Below, one piece after another: positions 8,879 to 16,426 of a stretch of DNA of 24,000 nucleotides. Within the stretch, counting starts at the first letter, position 1; every line of letters begins with the position of its first letter. The translations under genes and the position numbers were made by a program. The stretch spans positions 865,909 to 889,908 of the forward strand of contig CAVZNZ010000012.1 in the NCBI GenBank assembly GCA_963776815.1. The letters run 5' to 3'. Source of the DNA: an uncultured Gammaproteobacteria bacterium. Lineage in GTDB: Bacteria > Pseudomonadota > Gammaproteobacteria > Steroidobacterales > Steroidobacteraceae. The notes under the pieces are model-generated. The model had not been told where the DNA came from. It searched no databases and saw only the letters and a list, made by a program, of their open reading frames with translations.

Positions 8879-9712
8879 ATGGGTAACATCGTCTGGCTGG
8901 CCTCTTACCCCAAGTCCGGCAACACGTGGCTGCGGGCGTTCCTCGCGAACCTCGTGGCCGACACGGAGGCACCGGTGCCGCTCGCCGAGCTGCCGCAGTA
9001 CTGCGACGACGAGGCGCGGCCCGAGCTCTTCACTCAGCTTGCCGGCCGGCCGAGCACCGAGCTCACGTTCGACGAGATCTGTGCGCTTCGTCCGCGCGTG
9101 CACGCCGCGATCGCGGCGCAGGCGCCCGGCACGCGACTCGTGAAGACGCACAACTGTGCAGGCTTCGTCGAGCGCTACCCGCTGCACGAGGGGGCGGTCA
9201 CGGCCGGGGCAATCTACGTGGTGCGTGACCCGCGTGACGTGGCGGTGAGCATGTCGCATCACTTCGGGCTCGACCTCGACGGGGCCATCGAGCGGCTTGG
9301 CGATGACCGGGTCGCGACGGTCAACGACGAGCTGTTCGTGACCCAGGTGCTGGGCTCGTGGTCACATCACGTCAGCAGCTGGGCCGATCTCGCCGGTCCG
9401 CGCGTCGTCGTGCTGCGTTACGAGGACCTGGTCGAAAACCCCGTCTTCGAGTTCACGAAGGCGGCGCGGCTGCTGAAGCTCGACGACGAGCGCGCGAGGA
9501 TCGAGCGCGCGGTGCGGCACGCGTCTTTCGAATCGCTTGCCGGACAGGAACGCGCCGAAGGCTTCGCCGAGGTCTCGGACAAGGCACGGCGCTTCTTCCG
9601 CGACGGCCGCTCGGGCCAGTGGCGAACCGAGCTCACGATGGAGCAGTCGGCGCGCGTGCTGGCAAGGCACGGCGCGCAGATGCAGCGCTTCGGCTACGCG
9701 GCGATGCGCTGA
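8879..9712 (+). CDS. PAPS-dependent sulfotransferase-domain protein (cytosolic type)
   Basis: The ATG at 8879 gives MGNIVWLASYPKSGNTWLRAFL, which is the 5'-phosphosulfate-binding loop. It is followed by IYVVRDPRDVAVSMSHH, the 3'-phosphate-binding motif. It is 277 aa, intact, and has no signal peptide. It is embedded as the last third of the artefactual 1021-aa ORF. Confidence 0.8.
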   Translation: MGNIVWLASYPKSGNTWLRAFLANLVADTEAPVPLAELPQYCDDEARPELFTQLAGRPSTELTFDEICALRPRVHAAIAAQAPGTRLVKTHNCAGFVERYPLHEGAVTAGAIYVVRDPRDVAVSMSHHFGLDLDGAIERLGDDRVATVNDELFVTQVLGSWSHHVSSWADLAGPRVVVLRYEDLVENPVFEFTKAARLLKLDDERARIERAVRHASFESLAGQERAEGFAEVSDKARRFFRDGRSGQWRTELTMEQSARVLARHGAQMQRFGYAAMR

Positions 9713-9770
9713 GGCGGGAGCCCGGCGGCGGCGTCCTGCCCGGTGCGTATGAAGTCGTAGCTCGAGGCGT

Positions 9771-11216
9771 TCACCCGGCGCGTCTGAGCCAGTAGCGCCA
9801 CGTCGACCACGGCCAGATGCTGAAGATGCGGCCATCGGACTGCCGGTAATAGCTCGCGCAGCCGGAAGACCAGACGGTGCCGCGCAATGCCTTCTGCACC
9901 CGTTCGTTGAAGCGGACCTGAGCCTGGGGCTTCACTTCCATGTAGTCCGCGCCGAGGCGCTTCAGGGTGCGGATGCAGTCGAGCACGTAATTCACCTGCG
10001 CCTCGATCATGAAGATGATCGAGTTGTGGCCTAGCGCGGTGTTGGGCCCGACCAGCTGGTGCAGGTTCGGGTAGCCGGCGACGTTGATGCCGTAATACGC
10101 CTCGGCGCCGTCCTTCCAGTCCTCGGTCAGCGTGTGGCCGGGCAGGCCCGTGATCGGGAAGTGCTGCATGTAGACGCGCGGGTCCACGACGAATCCGGTG
10201 CCGAGGACGATGCAGTCGACCGGGCGCTCGACGCCGTCGTCGGTCACGATCGAATCCGCGCGGATTTCGCGGATGCCGTTCGTCACCAGCTCGACGTTCG
10301 GTCGGTTGAACATCCTGAACCAGTCGTTCGAGATCAGCACGCGCTTGCAACCGAACGTGTACCCGGGCGTGAGTGCCTTGACGATCGCGGGATCCTTGAC
10401 CTGGTGTGCGAGGAAACGCCGCGACATCGCCTCGGGCATGCGTGCCAGTGCGGGGTGCAGCAACCCGATCAGTCGCGACTCGTTCTGCCAGTACAGCTGC
10501 CAGCGGTGCAGCTTCCTGAGCAACGGGAAGCGCGCGAAGCGACGCTTCTGCTCCTCCGTGTAGGTGCGCCTGTCGCGCGGGATCACCCAGGCCGGCGAGC
10601 GCTGGAAGACGTACAGCTTGCCGGTCCTCGGCGCGATCTCGGGGCAGTACTGGATTGCGCTGCCTCCAGTGCCGATCGACGCAACGCGCTTGCCCGCGAG
10701 GTCATAGCCATGGTCCCAGCGTGCCGAGTGGAACACCTTGCCACTGAACGACTCGAGTCCCGGGAGGTTCGGGATGTGCGGCACGTGCAGTGGTCCCGTC
10801 GCAAGGACGAAATGCCGCGCCGAGAGCTCGAGGCCTGATTTCGCGCCGATCCTCCAGCGGCCGCTTGCCGCGTCGAAGTGCGCCGAGTTCACTTCCTCGC
10901 CGAACCGGACGTAGCGGCGCACGCCGCGCCGCTCGGTCGTGTCGAGAATGTACTGCTGGATCTCCTCCCAGCCCGCGTAACGCCTGCTCCAGTCCGGCTT
11001 GCCGGCGAAAGAGTACGAGTAGAAATGCGACTGCACGTCGCACGCAGCTCCTGGATAGTTGTTGTCGCGCCAGGTACCGCCGACTTCACTGCCCTTCTCG
11101 AGAATCACGAAATCGCGGATACCGGCCTCGAGCAGCCTGATACCCATGCACAATCCGCCGAATCCGGCGCCGACGATGGCGACTTCGACCTCGTGCGCGG
11201 TGTGTGGGTCTTTCAT
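9771..11216 (-). CDS. Flavin-dependent Baeyer-Villiger-type monooxygenase (type I BVMO / FMO family)
   Basis: The ATG at 11216 gives MKDPHTAHEVEVAIVGAGFGGL (FAD GxGxxG motif). The sequence also has GGTWRDNNYPGAACDV, the BVMO fingerprint FSGKVFHSARWD, and a second dinucleotide motif (SIGTGGSA). It is 481 aa and intact. Confidence 0.85.
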   Translation of the reverse strand: MKDPHTAHEVEVAIVGAGFGGLCMGIRLLEAGIRDFVILEKGSEVGGTWRDNNYPGAACDVQSHFYSYSFAGKPDWSRRYAGWEEIQQYILDTTERRGVRRYVRFGEEVNSAHFDAASGRWRIGAKSGLELSARHFVLATGPLHVPHIPNLPGLESFSGKVFHSARWDHGYDLAGKRVASIGTGGSAIQYCPEIAPRTGKLYVFQRSPAWVIPRDRRTYTEEQKRRFARFPLLRKLHRWQLYWQNESRLIGLLHPALARMPEAMSRRFLAHQVKDPAIVKALTPGYTFGCKRVLISNDWFRMFNRPNVELVTNGIREIRADSIVTDDGVERPVDCIVLGTGFVVDPRVYMQHFPITGLPGHTLTEDWKDGAEAYYGINVAGYPNLHQLVGPNTALGHNSIIFMIEAQVNYVLDCIRTLKRLGADYMEVKPQAQVRFNERVQKALRGTVWSSGCASYYRQSDGRIFSIWPWSTWRYWLRRAG

Positions 11217-11368
11217 GCATGATTGCGGGGCCCGGGGTGGCCTGCCGGCTAGTCCGGCCACGGGCGCATGATGCCCGAATCGAGCCGCTTCGGGGCCGCA
11301 CCGCGGCCGATCATATACTGCAGATCGTCGGCGCGGCGGGCGCCGGCGCGGCAGACGGGACTCCGACC

Positions 11369-12453
11369 ATGCTCAAGGCCTACGGAAGATTGCGACGGCG
11401 CTGGTGATCTGCGCCGTGCTTCCGGCCTGCAAGGCCACGGATTCTCCCGAGGCTGCGGGATCGCCCTCCGCTTCGACGATCGGCACTCAAGGGCTGCGCC
11501 TCCCCGCGACATTCCCCGGCGACCTGCCGTGCTGCGACTGCAGGCTGTCCGCTATCACCTCGACCTGTGGCCGGACCACGGCTACCAGTTGCGCCGCGTA
11601 TGGGTCGGGCGCGACCTCGAGCGTGACGAGGTCGGCGGGTGGCGCATCGATCCGGGTGGCAACGGGCTGATGCTGTACGGCGCCAGCGAGATGCCACTGC
11701 AGTTCGAGATTCTCGCGCCCGACAGGCTGCGGCTGCTGGACACGCTGAACCAGTCGCTGTCTTCCCATGAGCTGGTGAGCGACGGAACCTTCAGTCCTGC
11801 CGACGTGACACTGACGCTCGGTGGCGAAATGACGTACATGGCGGACGCGGCGAGCTTCACCGAGTGCATGACCGGTCGCAGCTACCCGATCGCGATCGGA
11901 AGGGTGACTTCGTGCAGCTGGAGCGCGCTTATGTCGCGGCCGTCGCATCGCCGGGCGCGAGACTCTACGTCACTTTCGACGGCTCGATCGTCGATCGTCC
12001 GAAGATGGAAGGAGAGGGCTCGAGCGCACCGTCGTCGTGAACCGGTACATCAACGTGTGGCCCGGCGAGCAATGTGAGCGCGCGAGGGCGCACGCATCGC
12101 TGTCGAACACCTACTGGCGCGTCGTTCGTCTCGGCGACGAGGCTGTCCGTGCGGCCGAGGGTCATCGCGAGCCCCACCTTGTCCTTCGCGAAGGGGACGG
12201 GCGGCAGGATTACACTGCCACCGTGGGCTGCAACAAGCTGGCAGGCGGTTACTCCGTGGATGTCGAGTCGATCAGATTCACGCCAGCCGCGTCGGCGCTC
12301 GCGCCCTGCGCGCCGCCACTCGCCGCGATGGAACGGTCGCTTGCGGCCATGCTCGCGAAGGCTGAGCGCTGGAGCATCACTGCCAGCACGATGGAGTTCT
12401 TCGATGCAGCGGGCCAGCCTGTCGCGCTGTTCGAAGCCGTGTACCTGAGATGA
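11369..12453 (+). pseudogene. Lipoprotein combining an NlpE N-terminal-like domain and a C-terminal META (HslJ-like) domain; four -1 frame changes as sequenced
   Basis: The ATG at 11369 (MLKA…) is followed by RKIATALVICAVLPAC, which contains a lipobox. Next comes ATFPGDLPCCDC, then AVRYHLDLWPDHGYQLRR…LRLLDTLNQSLSSHELV (NlpE-like), then GDFVQLERAYVAAVASPGARLYVTFDGSIVDRPKMEGEG. The final part is LERTVVVNRYINVWPGEQCE…LSNTYWRVVRLGDEAV…GCNKLAGGY…MEFFDAAGQPVALFEAVYLR* (META domain). The junctions are at about 11372-11385, 11538-11545, 11895-11902 and 12012-12020. Confidence 0.65.
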
Positions 12454-14218
12454 GCGAGGCCGCGCGACCGGCGCGCAAGCATCCGCTGCGCGATTTCTGG
12501 CGCCTGGCGGGCCCCTACTGGAACTGCGAGCGGCGCGGCAGGGTTCGTGGCGCGACGTTGCTGCTGTTCCTGCTCACGGTGGCGCAGGTCGGGCTGACCG
12601 TCTGGGGCAACTACTGGAACCGCGCGCTGTTCGACGCTCTGGAGCAGCGCACTGCGCGTGGCGTGCTGGTGCAGGTGGCGGTGTTCGCGCTGATCTTCGC
12701 GATCTCGATCGCAGTGACGGCTGCGCATCTCGTCGTGAAGCGCTGGCTGCAGCTGGACTGGAGAGCCTGGCTGACGGAGCAGCTGGTCGGCCAGTGGATG
12801 GCCGATGGACGCCACTACCGGCTGCTCTTCAGCAGCGGCGAGCACGACAACCCGGACCAGCGCATCGCGGAGGACATCCGCATCGCCACCGAGACCGCGG
12901 TCGCGCTGGCGCACTCGCTGGTTTTCTCGCTGATGGTCCTCGTGATGTTCGTGGACATCCTCTGGTCCGTGTCGGGCTCGATCGTGGTGCCCGGTACCGA
13001 CGTCGAGGTGCCGGGCTACATGGTGCCGCTGGCGTTCGTGTACGCGGCCGTCGGTGGCGCACTCGGCTGGATGGTCGGCCGCCCGCTCGTGCGCACGACC
13101 AACGCGCTGCAGTCGGCGGAAGCGACGTTCCGGTTCGGCCTGTCGCGCGCCAGGGAACACACCGAGGCGATCGCGCTGATGCACGGCGAGCCGCTCGAGC
13201 AGGCCGGCTCGCAGACGCGATTCCGCCGGATCGTGCGCGACTGGGACCGTCAGACGCTCGCCTTCGTGGGACTGGTTTCGTTCGGCACTGCGTACGGCGC
13301 GCTGATGCCGGTGTTCCCGATCCTGATCGCGGCGCCGCAATACATCGCCGGTGCGATGTCGCTCGGCGTGCTGATGCAGGCGGCCCAGGCGTTCCAGGGC
13401 CTGACTTCAGCGCTGTCGTGGCCCGTGAACAACATCGGCGAGATCGCCCGCTGCCGCGCATCCGCCGACCGCGTGCTCTCGCTGCACGAGGACATGCAGC
13501 AGCTGGATGTCGAGGCGCGGGCACCGCAGGCCGCATCGGATCGTGCTCGAACGGGACGGGCGCGATCGCCTGGTAATCGATGACCTCTGCATCGCGGAGC
13601 CGTCCGGTCGCGTGCTGCTCGAACGGTTCAGCGCGGAGATCCGGCGTGGTGAACGGGTGCTGGTCAAGGGTGATCCCGCGGTTACCGGCAGTCTTCTTCA
13701 AAGTCGTCGGCGGGCTCTGGCCATGGGGCGCGGGCCGGGTCGTGCGGCCGCAGGACGACGACGCGCTGTTCCTGCCGCAGCGCCCGTTCCTGCCCGAAGG
13801 CACGCTGCGCGCCGCTTTGTGGTATCCACGCGCGCCGGACGAATCCGCCGACGCAGATGTGCGGACTGCGCTCGAACGCGCGGGCGTCGGGTGGCTTGCG
13901 CGCGAGACTCGACGACCAGGACAACTGGGAGCAGTCATTGCCGCTGGGTGCGCAGCAGCGGCTCGGCTTCGCCCGCGTGCTGCTGCACCGGCCCGCGTGG
14001 GTGTTCATGGAACAGGCGACCGACGCGTTCGACCCGGACGGGGAGCGGCTGATCTTCGAAATGCTCCACCGCGAACTGCCCAATGCCGCGCTGGTGACGG
14101 TGAGCTTCCATCCCGGCCTCGAGGCCCTGCACCACCGCGAACTGGTGCTGACGCAGATGGTCGAGACGAAGTACCTGTTCGATGGCCGCCGGCGCAACGG
14201 CGACAACGATCACGATAG
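12450..14218 (+). pseudogene. Fused ABC permease/ATPase with an SbmA-BacA / ABCD-type membrane domain and a degenerate nucleotide-binding domain; at least three +1 frame changes; 3' end uncertain
   Basis: The ATG at 12450 overlaps the upstream stop (ATGA). The membrane domain contains EHDNPDQRIAEDIRI. The NBD is split across frames: IVLERDGRDRLVIDDLCIAEPSGRVLLERFSAEIRRGERVLVKGDPAVTGS, then LFKVVGGLWPWGAGRVVRPQDDDALFLPQRPFLPEGTLR, then RLDDQDNWEQSLPLGAQQRLGFARVLLHRPAWVFMEQATDAFD. The junctions are at about 13535, 13695 and 13898. The stop is taken as the TAG at 14216-14218 after a further frame change near 14155. Confidence 0.7.
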
Positions 14219-15309
14219 CGCGACGGCATCCAGCCGCGCTCCACGCACTCGCGGAAGCACCAGGCGGGCGTGGTATCGTGCGGTAACTCCAGAAGAACCA
14301 GCCAAGATAGTGCTCGAAGGCGAGCAGCTGTGCCGCGGCATATCCGCGCAGTGCCACGGCTTCCTGGAACGCATCCAGCGGCTGCAGTGCGTGGTGGAAC
14401 GGACCGTCGGCCCACAGGGAGACGACCTTGAGGTCGAGGCCGAGGCTCCATTCACCGGCGATGGCCGGGACGCCGAGCTCGCGCTGGATCGTGTCGGCTT
14501 CGTCCCTCCAGGTCACGCCGGCCTTGTGCAGGTGACCTTGGACGTCCATGTCCAGGTCCGCGCGCTCGAAGCACTGGTAGCGGTGGACGTCGAAGATCAC
14601 GTTCTCGAGGTTGCCTGCGCGGAAGAATGGCAGGAACTCACTGTGCGGCCGGAATCCGTCGTGGAACACCACCGCGACGCGGTCGGGCGGACAATGCACG
14701 CGGATCGCGTCGTAGGCGCGACGGTAGTACTGCTCGAGCAGCTGCGTCGGCACGTCCCAGCGCGGCTCGTTGAGCACCTCGATCCCGTACAGGGCCGGGG
14801 CCGACGCGGTAGCGCTCCGCCAGCCGGCCGACCACGTCGACCGAGTGCGCGAGGTATTGCTCCTGCGTGTGCCACTCGCAGACACCCATGATGCCGCCAT
14901 TGTCGAAGCCGTTCTGGCAGCCGGGCGCCGCGTGCAGGTCGAGCAGGACGCGCAGGCCGAACTCGTCCGCCCATTCGAGGGCCCGGTCGACGACTTCGAT
15001 GCCACCCTCGACGAACGGGTGCGGGTCCGCGCCGTACTTCGGGTGATACGGATAAGGCGGGCCGAAAATCCAGTGGCCGATCGGGAGCCGGACGGCGTTG
15101 ATCCCACGCGAGGCGAGCCACGCGAAGTCGTCGCGCGTGATGAAGCTGTCCCAGTGGGCGCGCAGCCGCGCTGGCGCGTCGCGTCCGAGCTCGGCGCACC
15201 ACGTGGTCTCGTCGGTGGCGGCGAGGCCCTCGAACAGGCCTGGCGTCATCCACTTCTCGAGGACCAGCCAGCCGCCGAGGTTCACGCCGCGCAGACGGAC
15301 CGGGGGCAT
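14210..15309 (-). pseudogene. Glycoside hydrolase family 5 (exo-beta-1,3-glucanase/cellulase-like), with at least two frame changes
   Basis: MPPVRLRGVNLGGWLVLEKWMTPGLF…HWIFGPPYPYHPKYG…LLDLHAAPGCQNGFDNGG comes from ORF 14638..15369. ALYGIEVLNEPRWD (acid/base Glu), FHDGFR and AIAGEWSL (nucleophile Glu) come from ORF 13935..15107. DTTPAWCFRECVERGWMP is in a third frame. The junctions are at about 14805 and about 14275. The stop is probably the TGA at 14210. An alternative TTG start exists at 15369. Confidence 0.7.
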
Positions 15310-15448
15310 TGTTGCGGGAGCTTTCACTGCGCGACTCACGACCTCTTGCCGGCGACGATCTCCAGTCAATGATAGCGCCAGCGGGCAAGGCGCCGAGCCT
15401 CGTTGCGAATCCGCACGCGCCGGGCGTGCGAACTGCGTTAGGCTTTAC

Positions 15449-15478
15449 GACGCATGGCCATTTCGGTTGCCATGCGTC
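15449..15478. promoter_or_regulatory. Perfect 10-bp inverted repeat with a 10-nt spacer, in the divergent GH5/epimerase intergenic region (candidate operator or 5'-UTR hairpin)
   Basis: GACGCATGGC-catttcggtt-GCCATGCGTC. It ends 30 nt upstream of the epimerase ATG at 15508. Confidence 0.35.
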
Positions 15479-15507
15479 CGAGTACTTCGTCACCCCGGGT
15501 CACGCGC

Positions 15508-16396
15508 ATGAGAGTTCTAGTCACCGGCGGAACGGGATTCATCGGCCAGGCGCTGTGTCCGCGGCTTGCCGCGGCGGGCCATCAGGTTGTGGTCCTGACT
15601 CGGCAGCCGAATCCGAGGCTGCCGAAAGGCGTCGCGAGTTCCGTGAATCGGCTCGACGACGTCGATGCCGGCAGTGTCGACGCAGTAATGAACCTCGCCG
15701 GTGAACCGATCGGCGATGCCCGCTGGACCGACGCGCGCCGCAGGTTGCTGCTCGAGTCTCGCGTCGGCACGACGTCGCGGCTCGTGCAGTGGATGCGGGG
15801 GGCGAAGCGCCCGCCGCAAGTCCTGGTGTCGGGATCGGCCGTCGGCTACTACGGCGAGCAGGGCGACCGGGTCATCACGGAGGACACGCAGCCTACGCCC
15901 GGATTCACCCATGACCTGTGCGCGGCGTGGGAGCGGGAAGCGGACAAGGCGTCCGAGTTCGGCGTGCGCGTATGCCTGATGCGTACCGGTGTGGTGCTCG
16001 ATCGCGAAGGCGGGGCGCTGGCGAAGATGCTGCCGGCGTTCAGGATGGGTGCGGGCGGACGCCTGGGCTCCGGCCGGCACTATTTTCCCGTGGATACATC
16101 GCGAGGACATGGCTTCGATCTGCCAGTGGCTGCTGGAGAACCCTCGCGCGAAGGGCGCCTACAATTGCAGCGCGCCGAATCCGGTGACCAACGCGGAGTT
16201 CACGAAGGCGCTTGGCCGGGCGATCGGCCGGCCCACGGTGCTGCCGATGCCCGAAGCGGCGCTGAAGCTGCTGTTCGGCGACATGTCCGAACTGCTGCTG
16301 GTCAGCGACCGGATGGTGCCGAAGCGCCTGCTGGACGAGGGGTTCGAGTTCCGTTACCCGGATCTCGAGCGCGCACTCGCCGCGATCTTTCGCTGA
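15508..16396 (+). pseudogene. TIGR01777/YfcH-type NAD-dependent epimerase-dehydratase family protein (SDR with C-terminal DUF1731), with one +1 frame change
   Basis: MRVLVTGGTGFIGQAL…VMNLAGEPI…VLVSGSAVGYYG…GGRLGSGRHYFP is in ORF 15454..16608. It continues as WIHREDMASICQWLLENPRAKGAYNCSAPNPVTNAEFTKALGRAIGRP…FEFRYPDLERALAAIFR* in ORF 15989..16396. The junction is at TTTCCCG (16084-16091). Confidence 0.8.
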
Positions 16397-16398
16397 AC

Positions 16399-16415
16399 GC
16401 CGGCTGCGGGCCGGC
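16399..16415. terminator. GC-rich hairpin between convergent genes (possible bidirectional terminator)
   Basis: GCCGGC-tgcgg-GCCGGC sits in the 30-bp gap between the epimerase stop (16396) and the acyl-CoA synthetase stop (16427). There is no U-tract, so support is weak. Confidence 0.25.
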
Positions 16416-16426
16416 CCCGACCAGGG

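Noticed and set aside
6647-9712. A 1021-aa ORF that looks like one giant protein
   Set aside because: It is a composite. One reading frame happens to stay open across parts of three or four different genes: the middle of the 6850 protein, the 8324 membrane protein, an intergenic stretch, and the sulfotransferase. Only some segments look protein-like, and the sulfotransferase has its own ATG at 8879.
13660-13700. SacII (CCGCGG) and BstEII-like (GGTTACC) sites exactly at the degenerate Walker A position, as a possible engineering scar
   Set aside because: Such GC-rich hexamers are frequent by chance at this base composition. There is no vector-like or marker sequence nearby.
12249-13938. Minus-strand ORFs of 363 aa and 369 aa opposite the ABC transporter
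   Set aside because: They are low-complexity and Arg-rich, with no family resemblance. The plus strand encodes a clear ABC membrane domain and NBD.
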